From assembly GCA_014905635.1 (NCBI GenBank), contig JABVCE010000023.1, forward strand, positions 434,001 through 498,000: a stretch of DNA of 64,000 nt. The letters run 5' to 3'. Shown piece after piece: positions 25,901 to 37,915 of the stretch. The position numbers and the translations under genes were made by a program. The notes under the pieces are model-generated. The model ran no database searches, was not told the origin of the DNA, and saw only the letters and a program-made list of their open reading frames with translations. Every line of letters starts with the position of its first letter. Position 1 is the first letter of the stretch. The stretch comes from Scenedesmus sp. PABB004 (Eukaryota).

Positions 25901-27869
25901 AGCCAGCGGCCCGGTGCATCGCGCGCGCCGCGCCGCGCCGCGCCAGCGGAGCGGCCGGCCGCCGCACCTGCCGCGCCCGAGTCGGCGACCGCGCCGCCGC
26001 GGCGCCTGACGCGGCGCCGCAGCACCGCCGCGCCCTCGTCCTCGCCCTCCTCCTCCTCCGCGCCGCCCGGCAGCGCCGCGCCGCTGTCCTCCAGCCCGCC
26101 GCCCTCCTCCGGCTCGCCCGAGCCGCTGTCGTCGCCCAGCGACCCCTCTGCGCCGGGGCGCGGCCGCGGCGGGCGCGGTGCGGGGCGGCAGGGCGGCGCG
26201 GGGCGCGGTCGGAGCGGCGCGGCGGCTGCGCGCGAGAAGGGCAGGGCAAGGCGCCGCGCGGGCGCGACAGCGCGCGCGCGCGCGCCGCACCCGCTGCCGC
26301 GGCCGCCGCGCGGTCCGCCTCCGCCAGCACCTCGTCCAGCGGCCGCCAGGGGCTCGGCAGCGCTGCGAGCGGGCTGGCCGGCGGCGCGCCGGGCGCGCGC
26401 GCGGGCACGGGCGCCTCCCACTCGGCGTAGCAGCCATTGGCGGCGCCCAGCAGCAGCGTGTTGTCGGCGGGGTGCCACGCCAGCCCCGTGACGGCGGTGG
26501 GCAGCGTCGTGCTGCGCACCGCCGCACCCCGCTCCGTCAGCCACACCACGACCTTGCCCGAGCCGTCCGCGGTGGCCACGTACTGCCCTGCGCGGCGTCG
26601 GCGCGGCCGCGGCGCGCGCCGGCGGGCGCGGCGGCGGGGCGGCGGCGGGTGTGTGTGTGTGTGTGTGTGCGTGGGGGGGGGGGGGGGGGGGGAGGGAGGG
26701 AGGGTGGCGCGCGTGCGCGCGCTCCGCCGCCGTGAGCTGCCGCGGCGGTTGCAGGGCCTGGCTCGGCGGGGCGCGGCGCACCGTTTGGTGAGAAGGCGAT
26801 GTGCTGCACCGTGTGCGCGTGCTCGCCGCTGAGGCGGCCGCCCGCGGGCTTCCAGTTGAAGCGCTCCAGCAGCAGCACGTCGCCGTCGCTGCCTGAGCCG
26901 CGGCGGCGCGGCGCGCGCGTCAGCTCGGCGTGCCCCCGCCGCCTGGCGGGCAGGGGCGGGGGGCCCTGCGGCGCCGCGGCCGCGCGCCGCCGCCCGCCGC
27001 GCCTGCGACCGCGAGCAGGTGGCCGCCGTCGGGGTGGAACGCCACGCCCAGCCGCGCTGACGCGCACTCGACGTCCACCTGCGCGCAGCGCCCGCGGCGG
27101 CGCCGCCGGCGGCTCGGCGCGCGCCCCGGGCTGCGCAGCGCGCGGCCCCCGGCCGCCGCGCTGCCGCGCGCCGCGCGCCGCGCTGCCGCCGCGCGGCCGC
27201 GCCGTGCCTTTGGCGCGTAGCGGCGGCGCTGCGGCGTAGCGCCGGCGCTGGCGAGGTCGCAGACGACGAGGCTGCCGTCGGCGGTCATGGCCGCGACAAA
27301 GGCGCCCTCCGGGTCCAGCGCCAGCCCGCGCACGCAGCCCTCGACGCGCACGACGCGGTGGGGCTTGGACCCGGCGTCAAACAGGCGCACCTGGGGGTCG
27401 TCCCCGGCGACGGCAAAGGCCTGCCCGCGCCCGTCCCACGCCGCGAGGCGCGGCGGCAGCGCGGGCTTGGTCACCGCCGCCTGGCCGCCCTGCGCGCGCA
27501 GGCTGGGCACCACCCAGCTCTGCCGCGGCGGCGCGGCGGCGCGGCGGTGAGGTGCGCGGCGCGGCGGTGAGGTGCGTGGCGCGGCGGCGCGTTGGCGGCG
27601 CGCGCCTTGGCGCAGGCGTGGTCCACGGTGACCACGAGCTTGCCGTCGGGCGAGGCCGCCAGGCTGGCGACGGCGCCGGCGAGGCCGTCGTGCTTGGCCG
27701 CGAGCACCGGCGCGTCGCGCCCGCCGGCCGCCGCGCCCGGCTTGCGGAGCGCGAGCGTGCCGTCGGCGCCGCCCGTGAGTACGGCCCACTTGCCGTCATC
27801 ACCTCGCCCCCAGGCCACGCACACGGCGCCCTTGCCGTGCGCCTGGCGCAGCTCCACCTCCGGCGACAT
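22970..27869 (-). CDS. WDHD1: CTF4/WDHD1 (AND-1) WD40 plus SepB-domain replisome hub protein, multi-exon
   Basis: N-terminal WD40 repeats (AVLTGGADGT, VRGLALDPEG, IAFSPNG.YVATADGSGKVVVW); SepB motifs QGAIAPGRTPF..ARFLAYNRAG, FRSFDSWADGSDW and LAWLGFSAEG..LDSAGVLR; C-terminal NPFARKK. Confidence 0.88.
24901..25063. repeat. Intronic minisatellite, about 10 copies of a 17-bp unit GCCCGGCGGCGCG(C/G)GCG
   Basis: Tandem units visible inside a CTF4 intron. Confidence 0.85.
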
Positions 27870-28338
27870 CAAACGGCGCTGCTGCTCCCCGCCGAGCGGC
27901 CGACGCGCCCGCTGCGCTGCTCGCAAGGAGCGTGCGCGCTCCTGGCACCCTGATGGGCCGATCGCGGGACCTGCAGGAGCACTGCAGTGCGGGCGGCGCG
28001 CTTGCCAACAGGCGCTCTCCTTTCCCGTGCGGTCCGCAGGCCACACTGTGCGCGTGTCGACCGCCGCTCGCTGGGCGGGGTCGCCTGGCGCCGCGCGGGA
28101 CTGCGGGACTGCGGCGCCGCAGCTGACTTTCGTTCGAATCCGCCGCCGCGGTTCACCGGCGCCGCCGGCGCCGGACGGCCGCAGCGAATCAGCCCCGTGG
28201 GCCTGGGCTGGGCGGCGCTCGGGCAGCGCTCTGCTCTCCCGGCGCCGCCGGCCGCGCCGCGCGCGCGTCCCGAGGGGGCGGGGCCCCGGCCGAGGTTGCC
28301 ATGCGCCCCCGGCGCCCGCCCGCACGCGCGCGCCGCCG

Positions 28339-29974
28339 CTACTGCTCCGCCTGGCTGTCCGCCGCGATGACGAGCGGCTCGACGCTGTCGGACAGGCACG
28401 CGCCCCGTCGCCCGCCGCCCTGGCCGCGCGCCTCGTCCGCGGCGGTGGCGCGGGGCGGCGGTGCTGGGCGCCGCGGCGCGAGCGCGGAGAGGGCTGCCTC
28501 GTAGACTGCCAGCGTGACGGCGCTCTGCGGCATCACGCGCAGCAGGCTGGGCGGCAGGCCGCGGTAGAAGCCGGCCAGCCCCTCGCGCGCCCAGGTCGTG
28601 GTCAGCGCCTGCCAGGTGCTCGTGTAGAGCAGGGACCGCCCCTCGGCGCGCTGCTGCAGGCGCGCGCGCAGCACCTGCGCCGGGTACGTCGCGACCGCGG
28701 CGAGCAGCTTGGACGCCCCGCCCGCCGCCGACGCGGTCGCGGCGTCGAGGCCCGCCTCGGGCGCGTGCCCCGCGCGCGCGCGCCGGCACGCCGCGAGGTG
28801 CTTCAGCTCCTCGTACGCGGCAAACTGGATCGCGCCGTGGCTCGTTTGCTGCGGCCAGCGCCGCGCGGGCGCAGGCACGCCGGCGTCGGCGCGCGGCGCG
28901 CAGCGGCGCCGGAAGCGGCGCGCCCCCGCTGCCCCGCTGCCGGCCGTCCCGGCCCCCCGCGCCGCCGCGCCGCACCAGCAGCAGGGAGGGCGTGAAGCCG
29001 CGATAGTACCCCGCGAGGCCCTCGGCCCGCCAGATGACGGCCAGGGCGTGGAACATGCCCCGGTACGCCCCCGCGGCGCCCCCGCCCGCGGCGGCGCGGC
29101 TCTGCAGCGCAAGACGCGTCTTGACCAGCCAGATGGGGTTGGTCAGCACGCACACCTGGCCGGGCGCGCATGGGCGCGGGGGGTGGGCTCAGCGCGCAGC
29201 GACGGCGGGGGCGCGGCGCGGCGGCGGGGGCGGGGGCGCGGCGGCGCCCCGCCGCGCACCATCGCGCCCGCCTGCGCCGCGCTGGCGAGGTTCCAGGCAG
29301 TGCTCAGCCGCGCCGGCGGCGCGCCCGGCTGCGCGGTGCGGGCGCGGTGCCAGGCCTTGATCGCCTCGTACAGCGCCAGGTAGGCGCCCCACGACACCGC
29401 TGGCACGCGCGCCACGACACCGGCGGCCGCGGCCACGGCGGCAGCGCGTCAGGCGGGGCGGCGGCGCCGGCGCGCGGCCCCGCTGCGCCCCGCGCGCGAC
29501 CCGCGCTCACTCGAGCCGAGCAGCGAGGGCGTGAGCCCTGCGTACAGCCCCCGCCAGCCCTCACTCGCGACGATCGTGCGCACCGCGTGCGCCGTGCCGC
29601 GGTACTGCGGCAGCGCGCCCGGCAGCCCGTCCTGCACTGCGCGGCGGCGGACGTGGGTGCGGCGGCGCCGCCGCCGGGCGTCGGCGCTGGCGGCGAGCGG
29701 CCCGAGCGCGCGTCGGCCGCCCGCCCGTGGCCCGCCGCACCCTGCAGGCGCGTCTTCACGACGTCAAAGGGATGCAGCAGCAGCACCGCCGAACAGCCCG
29801 CCACGCCGCCGGCCACGAGGTGCGTCCTGCAGGCGCAGCACACAGCCCGGCGGCTGGGCGCGGCGCGCCGCGCCGAGCCCGCTGCTGCGCCGCCGCTGCC
29901 GCGCGCGCCGCGGCTCACCAGCTCCGCTGCTGCGGCTGCTCGCCGGCCTCCCCGCCCGCGCTTCCCCCCCCCAT
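28339..29974 (-). CDS. FOLT1: Mitochondrial carrier family protein, folate/FAD transporter (SLC25A32/FOLT1)-like
   Basis: Exon 1 MGGGSAGGEAGEQPQQRSW, then HLVAGGVAG...HPFDVVKTRLQ, TNPIWLVKTRL.LQ, SHGAIQFAAYEELK and TYPAQVLRARLQQR, typical of this subfamily. Confidence 0.85.
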
Positions 29975-30344
29975 GCCGCCCGGCCGGGCGGGGCGAGCTG
30001 CCGGCCCTCCGCACGCGCGCGGGCGGGGGATGCGCGTTGCGTGGGGCGGTGCGCCGCGCGCAGGGGCGTCTGCGGGCCCGGCCTGCGGGCGCGTCCGTGT
30101 CTAAGGGCGCCTGTCGACCCCCTCGAATCGCCAGGCCGGCGCGGGCGGCGACGGATTGGGCGCGGCGGCGACGCAGCGGCGGGGGCGCTGGCGTGCCCCG
30201 GCGGCAGGAGGGGAGGCCCGCGGCGGCGGCGGCGAGCGAGTGTGCACAGGGCACGCGGCTGGGAGGAAACTGCAGGAGGCTGGGGGGGGGGCGCTACGGC
30301 TGTCGGCGGGCCGCGCCCCGGGTTCACCGCAGTGGGCGGCTCTT

Positions 30345-30935
30345 GCGGCCCGAGCGCGCCGCGGTGGAGGCGGCCGCCGCCACGAGACTGCGCCGACGAC
30401 GTGGTGCGCGCTGGCGGCGCGACCGACCCGCCCGGCCGCCGCCGCCGCCGCCGCCGTGCTGGCCGGGCGTACGGCCCGGCGGCCTGGCCAGCACAAGTGC
30501 GAGCTCGGGGGCCCGCGCGCGCGGCTCGGCGGGCCCCACGGCAGCGCCCCTGCTGCCTTTAGGGGCGCGGCGCGCCGTCTCCTAGCGCCCGCTCCTTGCC
30601 GCGTGCCCCGCCGGCCTCGCGGCGCGCGTCAAAAGGCCGGGCAACTGGGCGCGTGCGCGCGCGAGAGCGGCGCGGCGGCAGCGGATGAGGGTTTGGCGAG
30701 ACCTGGCCGGCCAAGGTAGGTTCGGGCGCGCCGGCGCCCGGCGCCCCGCTGCAAGCCCGCGCCGCGCGCTCGGGCCCCACCCTCCCCGCTCGCCACCGCA
30801 CCACGGACCGCCGCCCAGCCCCCGCCGCGCGCCCGCGAGCCTGACCAGCAGCGCCCCGGCCGTCGCGCCGCGCGCAGCGCCGTCGCGCCGCTCGACACGA
30901 TGGCCTCCCAGCTGGTGCGTGCTCGGCGACCGCTG
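30345..30935 (+). repeat. Inverted duplicate of the Rubisco activase upstream region plus micro-exon 1 (MASQL); copy of 55189-55772
   Basis: Near-identical reverse complement of 55189-55772, with ATGGCCTCCCAGCTG|GTGCGT at 30900. Confidence 0.9.
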
Positions 30936-30965
30936 TCCAGCGCCGCCACCCACGATCTGTATGAG

Positions 30966-31438
30966 CAGCCTGCTGCGCGTGATGCCGCAGAGCGCCGTCA
31001 CGCTGGCAGTCTACGAGGCAGCCCTCTCCGCGCTCGCGCCGCGGCGCCCAGCACCGCCGCCCCGCGCCACCGCCGCGGACGAGGCGCGCGGCCAGGGCGG
31101 CGGGCGGCGGGGCGCGTGCCTGTCCGACAGCGTCGAGCCGCTCGTCATCGCGGCGGACAGCCAGGCGGAGCAGTAGCGGCGGCGCGCGCGTGCGGGCGGG
31201 CGCCGGGGGCGCGTGGCAACCTCGGCCGGGGCCCCGCCCCCTCGGGACGCGCGCGCGGCGCGGCCGGCGGCGCCGGGAGAGCAGAGCGCTGCCCGAGCGC
31301 CGCCCAGCCCAGGCCCACGGGGCTGATTCGCTGCGGCTGTCCGGCGCCGGCGGCGCCGGTGAACCGCGGCGGCGGATTCGAACGAAAGTCAGCTGCGGCA
31401 CCGCAGTCCCGCAGTCCCGCGCGGCGCCAGGCGACCCC
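30966..31438 (+). pseudogene. Inverted duplicate of the carrier 3' exon end and downstream flank (copy of 28077-28549)
   Basis: SLLRVMPQSAVTLAVYEAALSALAPRR...QAEQ* repeated on the + strand (stop at 31176). Both copies span about 473 bp with few substitutions. Confidence 0.88.
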
Positions 31439-31622
31439 CCGCGAATCCCCGGCCGGGCCCGGGCCCAGGGCGGCAACGCTGCGGACGGCCCGCCCGCAGG
31501 CAGCGGCGCGCACCACAACGCTGGTGCATTGCGCCCCGCTCGCCGCGGCATCGCGCCCATGCGTGCAACATCGCCCCCTCAGCAGCGCACGCCGGGCGGC
31601 GGGGCGTGATCGCGAGCCCTTG

Positions 31623-34600
31623 ATGATGGAGCAGCAGCACGAGCGGCGGACGCGCCGCGCGGGCACGTCCGCGGCCAGCCACACGTAACCCGGGGGCGCC
31701 TCTGGGGGTGGCAGCGCTCTGTGTGTGGGTGTGGGTGTGTGCCGGCCGACCCCCGCGCCGCCGCCGCCCGCCCGCAGGCGGATCGCGCGCCGAGCGCGCG
31801 GCAGCGCGGCGGCGGCGCGGGGCCTGGCGGGCTCGGCGGCGCTCGTGCGCGCGCGCCTGCGCCCGCACCCGCTGCTGGCGGGCGTGCGGGGCCTGCCGGG
31901 ACGGCTCGCAGTGCGGCTGTGGGTCGGCGGTGCGCCGCGCGGCCGCGCAGGAGCGGCGGAGCTCATGGACGATGCGACCAGCGGCCCTGCGCCGCCCGGC
32001 ACGCGCCGCGTGCGCCGACCGGGCGCGCTGGCGGGCGCAGCGAGCGCGCCGCGCGCCCGCAGCGACGGCGGAGGAGGCGGCGGTGGCGGCGTCGCGGGCG
32101 CCGGCGACGACGACGACGGGAGCCAGCCGGCGCCAGCGGCGTCCTGCGGCAGCAGCGGCGACGCCGGCAGCGACGACCGCCGGCCGCGCAAGCGCGCTGC
32201 ACCGAGCAGCAGCGACTGCGGCAGCGGCGGTGGGGCCAAGCGCGCAGCACCGAGCAGCAGCGACTGCAGCGGCGGCATCGATGCACCTGCTGCCAGCGGC
32301 GGCAACGCCGGCGCGGCCGGCGCCGAGGCCGGCCAGCCGGCGGGCGCGGCGGCGCAGCAGCAGCCGGTGGCGCAGCAGCCAGCGCAGCAGCAGGCGGCGC
32401 AGCAGCAGCCGCCACAGCTGGCAGCTGCGGACGGTGGCCCGGTGCCCTGGGCTGAGCTGCCTGAGAAGATGGCGCGCGCTCGCGCAGGTGCGGCGCAGCT
32501 CGCGCACGAGCAGCTGATGGCCCTGCTGGCGCCGCCGCAGCCGCCGCCCCCGGAGCTCCTGCAGCCGAGGCACGGCTCATTCAAGTGCGGGGCGCTGCGG
32601 CAGCGCGCGGCTTTCCTCCAGCGCCGGCGCGCGGCTGCGGCGGCAGCGGCAGCGGAGGCGGCCCCGCCGGCTGAGGCGGTGGTGGAGCCACGCACGTGGC
32701 CCTGGCAGCGCGCAGCGCACCAGCAGGAGCTGGCGGCAGCAGCGCCGCCGTCGCCGCCGGCTGAGCCGGGCAGCCCTGCGGCCGCGGCGCAGCACAGCTG
32801 GGGCAGCGCCAGCCCCTCCCGCCTGTCCGAGCCGCCCGCACACCACGATGCCGCAGGCTACTGGGCGGCGCAGCACGTGGTGCCCGCCACGCCGCTGACG
32901 ACGCCGTGCCCTGCGCTGAACGCGGCCGCGGCGCCGACGGGCGGTCAGAGGCCGGAGCAGGAGACGCCGCTGGCGGGGCTGTGCTGGCAGCGCCCGGAGG
33001 GCAGCGCCGCGGCCGCCGCCGGCAGCGGTGGCCGCGAGCTGCCTGCAGGGCCGGAGCCAGCAGACGAGCAGCCTGAGCCAGCGCGCTCCATGCCAGTGGC
33101 AGCTGAGCAGGCCGGGCGGGAGGGCTGCCGGCAGCGGTCAGGCGGCAGCACGCCAGTGGCCGCGGCGCCCGGGGGCGACGCTGAGGCGCGCGCGTCGCCG
33201 CGGGCCAGCCAGGGCCCGCGTGCGCTGCCCGACGACGCGTGGGCCTCGCTGCCGAGCCGGCTGGTGCTGAGCCCGAACGAGGCAGAGTTCATGGCCCTGG
33301 TGGAGGAGGAGCACGCGGCGCGGCTGCACAGCTGGGTGGAGCCGCTCGTGCGCTCCGCGGCGGCAGGCGACGCGGACGCGGTCGCCCAGCTCGCGCTGGT
33401 CGGCCAGCTCGCGTTTGACCCGCGGCCGCTGGACGCGGACGCGCTCGCCGTCGCGCTCTCGCGCGGCGCGGACGGGCAGCGCTGCGTGGCGGCGCTCGTG
33501 TGCGCCGCGTGGGGGTCGCCGCACGCCGAGGACGCGGCGCGCCTCGCGCGCGCTGCGTGGGAGGCGGGGGCGCTGCCGGAGGGCGCGTGGGAGCTGCTGC
33601 GCGTGGGCGTGGGCGCGGAGCAGTTCAGGTACCGCGGCTGCGCAGCGGTGGGTGACTACCTGCTGCTGCTGCTGCTGGACTGCGTGGCCGCCACCAGCGC
33701 CGCCGCGCCGCACCTGCTGGAGCCGCCGCCTGGCGGCAGCCTCGAGCGCGAGGGCAGGCGGGCGCTGGCGGCGCTCACCTCTGCGCGGCGGGAGGCTGTG
33801 GAGCGCGTGGCCGCGGCACACCTGGGGGGCCTGCCGTTCCTGAGCCACCCAGCCAGCGAGGAGCAGGAGGCGACGCTGCAGGCGCTGCTGGTGCTGGCGC
33901 TGGCAGCGCCGGACGACGCGGAGCCGCGCACGTGGCCCTGGCAGCGCGCAGCGCACCAGCAGGAGCTGGCAGCAGCAGCGCCGCCGTCGCCGCCGTCGCC
34001 GCCGGCTGAGCCGGGCAGCCCTGCGGCCGCGGCGCAGCACAGCTGGGGCAGCGCCAGCCCCTCCCGCCTGTCCGAGCCGCCCGCACACCACGATGCCGCA
34101 GGCTACTGGGCGGCGCAGCACGTGGTGCCCGCCACGCCGCTGACGACGCCGTGCCCTGCGCTGAACGCGGCCGCGGCGCCGACGGGCGGTCAGAGGCCGG
34201 AGCAGGAGACGCCGCTGGCGGGGCTGTGCTGGCAGCGCCCGGAGGGCAGCGCCGCGGCCGCCGCCGGCAGCGGTGGCCGCGAGCTGCCTGCAGGGCCGGA
34301 GCCAGCAGACGAGCAGCCTGAGCCAGCGCGCTCCATGCCAGTGGCAGCTGAGCAGGCCGGGCGGGAGGGCTGCCGGCAGCGGTCAGGCGGCAGCACGCCA
34401 GTGGCCGCGGCGCCCGGGGGCGACGCTGAGGCGCGCGCGTCGCCGCGGGCCAGCCAGGGCCCGCGTGCGCTGCCCGACGACGCGTGGGCCTCGCTGCCGA
34501 GCCGGCTGGTGCTGAGCCCGAACGAGGCAGAGTTCATGGCCCTGGTGGAGGAGGAGCACGCGGCGCGGCTGCACAGCTGGGTGGAGCCGCTCGTGCGCTC

Positions 34601-36998
34601 CGCGGCGGCAGGCGACGCGGACGCGGTCGCCCAGCTCGCGCTGGTCGGCCAGCTCGCGTTTGACCCGCGGCCGCTGGACGCGGACGCGCTCGCCGTCGCG
34701 CTCTCGCGCGGCGCGGACGGGCAGCGCTGCGTGGCGGCGCTCGTGTGCGCCGCGTGGGGGTCGCCGCACGCCGAGGACGCGGCGCGCCTCGCGCGCGCTG
34801 CGTGGGAGGCGGGGGCGCTGCCGGAGGGCGCGTGGGAGCTGCTGCGCGTGGGCGTGGGCGCGGAGCAGTTCAGGTACCGCGGCTGCGCAGCGGTGGGTGA
34901 CTACCTGCTGCTGCTGCTGCTGGACTGCGTGGCCGCCACCAGCGCCGCCGCGCCGCACCTGCTGGAGCCGCCGCCTGGCGGCAGCCTCGAGCGCGAGGGC
35001 AGGCGGGCGCTGGCGGCGCTCACCTCTGCGCGGCGGGAGGCTGTGGAGCGCGTGGCCGCGGCACACCTGGGGGGCCTGCCGTTCCTGAGCCACCCAGCCA
35101 GCGAGGAGCAGGAGGCGACGCTGCAGGCGCTGCTGGTGCTGGCGCTGGCAGCGCCGGACGACGCGGAGCCGCGCACGTGGCCCTGGCAGCGCGCAGCGCA
35201 CCAGCAGGAGCTGGCAGCAGCAGCGCCGCCGTCGCCGCCGTCGCCGCCGGCTGAGCCGGGCAGCCCTGCGGCCGCGGCGCAGCACAGCTGGGGCAGCGCC
35301 AGCCCCTCCCGCCTGTCCGAGCCGCCCGCACACCACGATGCCGCAGGCTACTGGGCGGCGCAGCACGTGGTGCCCGCCACGCCGCTGACGACGCCGTGCC
35401 CTGCGCTGAACGCGGCCGCGGCGCCGACGGGCGGTCAGAGGCCGGAGCAGGAGACGCCGCTGGCGGGGCTGTGCTGGCAGCGCCCGGAGGGCAGCGCCGC
35501 GGCCGCCGCCGGCAGCGGTGGCCGCGAGCTGCCTGCAGGGCCGGAGCCAGCAGACGAGCAGCCTGAGCCAGCGCGCTCCATGCCAGTGGCAGCTGAGCAG
35601 GCCGGGCGGGAGGGCTGCCGGCAGCGGTCAGGCGGCAGCACGCCAGTGGCCGCGGCGCCCGGGGGCGACGCTGAGGCGCGCGCGTCGCCGCGGGCCAGCC
35701 AGGGCCCGCGTGCGCTGCCCGACGACGCGTGGGCCTCGCTGCCGAGCCGGCTGGTGCTGAGCCCGAACGAGGCAGAGTTCATGGCCCTGGTGGAGGAGGA
35801 GCACGCGGCGCGGCTGCACAGCTGGGTGGAGCCGCTCGTGCGCTCCGCGGCGGCAGGCGACGCGGACGCGGTCGCCCAGCTCGCGCTGGTCGGCCAGCTC
35901 GCGTTTGACCCGCGGCCGCTGGACGCGGACGCGCTCGCCGTCGCGCTCTCGCGCGGCGCGGACGGGCAGCGCTGCGTGGCGGCGCTCGTGTGCGCCGCGT
36001 GGGGGTCGCCGCACGCCGAGGACGCGGCGCGCCTCGCGCGCGCTGCGTGGGAGGCGGGGGCGCTGCCGGAGGGCGCGTGGGAGCTGCTGCGCGTGGGCGT
36101 GGGCGCGGAGCAGTTCAGGTACCGCGGCTGCGCAGCGGTGGGTGACTACCTGCTGCTGCTGCTGCTGGACTGCGTGGCCGCCACCAGCGCCGCCGCGCCG
36201 CACCTGCTGGAGCCGCCGCCTGGCGGCAGCCTCGAGCGCGAGGGCAGGCGGGCGCTGGCGGCGCTCACCTCTGCGCGGCGGGAGGCTGTGGAGCGCGTGG
36301 CCGCGGCACACCTGGGGGGCCTGCCGTTCCTGAGCCACCCAGCCAGCGAGGAGCAGGAGGCGACGCTGCAGGCGCTGCTGGTGCTGGCGCTGGCAGCGCC
36401 GGACGAGGCGGAGCCGCGCACGTGGCCCTGGCAGCGCGCAGTGGGCCAGCAGGAGCTGGCGGCAGCAGCGGTTGGGGCAGCAGCAGAACAGCTGCAGCAG
36501 CAGCAGCAGCAGCAGCGACAGCAGGATGATGAGCAGCAGGGCCCAGCGACGGCGTCGCCGGCAGGTGAGAAGAAGAGGCGCCGCCACAAGCGCCGCCGCA
36601 CGCAGGCGGGGGCGACGGAGGACGCTGCCAGCACGTCCGCGGCCGGGCGGCCGGCCGTGCTGTTGGCGCGCGCCGACCAGCAGGGCAACGCGGTGCTGGC
36701 GCACCGCGGCACGGTCGCGGTGCAGCCCGGCGAGACGCCGCCGTGCGCCGCAGCGTCGCCGCCCGGCCCGCCCGCGGCGGCGGCGGTTGCGGCGCCGCAC
36801 GGCGCGGTCGACTATCGCGCGCTGGCGGCTGCATACGTTGCGGCAAAGCGGGCCAGGCGCGAGGCGGCCGAGCAGCAGCCGCGCAAGCGCCGCCCGCCGC
36901 AGCGCGAGGTGACCGGCGCCGACCAGCAGCCGCGCCCCAAGCCGCTCCGGCGGCCCGCCACTCAGAAGGTGGGGCGGGAGCGCATTGACTGCTTCTGA
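31623..36998 (+). CDS. Large hypothetical protein with three tandem ~415-aa internal copies and NLS-like tracts
   Basis: Uninterrupted ORF 31725-36998. A plausible exon 1 at 31623-31684 splices in phase to 31778; an alternative start lies at 31966. No recognisable domain. Confidence 0.6.
32685..36441 (+). repeat. Tandem triplication; units start at 32685, 33921 and 35166 (1236, 1245 and 1245 bp), with a partial fourth start at 36411
   Basis: Identical ORF translations recur at +1245 offsets (32945/34190/35435). Each unit begins EPRTWPWQRA. Confidence 0.97.
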
Positions 36999-37109
36999 AC
37001 CGCTGCAGCGGCGTGGGCAGGCTGTGGGCCAGGCCTGTTGTGTGTGTGTGTGTGTGTGTGCCTGGGACAGGCGCGCGGCCTGCTGCTGGACCTGGGCACG
37101 GCCCGCATG

Positions 37110-37114
37110 TTACA
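37110..37114 (-). promoter_or_regulatory. Candidate chlorophyte polyadenylation signal TGTAA for the 37915-37352 gene
   Basis: TTACA on the + strand, about 240 bp past the stop codon. UGUAA is the known chlorophyte poly(A) element. Confidence 0.35.
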
Positions 37115-37351
37115 GGGCCCGCTGCGCCGGCCGCCTCGCGGCAGCTGCGGCGCGCGCCGGCTGCCAGCAGACTCGCGCGCCAGGCGCGCCGGCGGCGGCT
37201 GCGCTGCGGGCGGCCGCCGCCAGAGCGCCCCTCCGAGGCAGTTCCCCCTCGAGGGGGAACCTCGAGAGGGGAGCTCCCCTCTCAGTGCGTCAGTGCGTGG
37301 TGCGAGGTGTTGGGTTGGTCCGGGGCGCGCGCCGGGCGGCGCGCGCGCGTC

Positions 37352-37915
37352 TCAGAGCGTGAGCAGGGTGTAGGCGACCTTGACGCGCACGACGCCCGCG
37401 GGCGTGGCGCGGAGCCGGTTCCAGCGGCAGTACCAGCCGTCCAGGCCGCCCGTGAAGGTGATGAACCCCGAGTCGGCCAGCGCGTACTGCTTGGCCGCCT
37501 TGAACGCGCCGGGGCAGCACGGCGGCATGCCCTTGGTGCCGCAGTTTTCGTCAGCGCAGCGGCAGTCCGCCATGGCCGCGGGGTCGGCGGTGAAGTCGAC
37601 GAGGCAGGTGGTGTCCAGGAACGCCTGGCGCTCGCTGAGCCGGCCGTCCTCCCACGCGCCGACGTCGACCGTCACGTTTCCCGTGCCGTAGCAAAAGTAC
37701 TTGTTCTTGAACGTCAGTGTCGGCCCGGGGACCACGGTGCCCGCGTTGCGCGGCGCCGCCGCGGCCGCGGCGGCCGCGCCGCCCTCGCCCTGGCCGCCGC
37801 GAGGCGCGGCGAGGGCGCCGCGCGCGGCGTCGGGCGCGGTCGCGCGCTGCGCTGCCGCGCCGGCCAGCAGCGCCAGCGCCACCAGCAGCACCACGGGGCC
37901 GCGCTGCTGCGCCAT
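37352..37915 (-). CDS. Intronless, Cys-rich, predicted secreted protein
   Basis: Signal peptide MAQQRGPVVLLVALALLAGAAAQ; compact domain with 8 Cys (FCYG...TCLVD...DCRCADENCG.KGMPPCCPG...WYCRW). Confidence 0.7.
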   Translation of the reverse strand: MAQQRGPVVLLVALALLAGAAAQRATAPDAARGALAAPRGGQGEGGAAAAAAAAPRNAGTVVPGPTLTFKNKYFCYGTGNVTVDVGAWEDGRLSERQAFLDTTCLVDFTADPAAMADCRCADENCGTKGMPPCCPGAFKAAKQYALADSGFITFTGGLDGWYCRWNRLRATPAGVVRVKVAYTLLTL

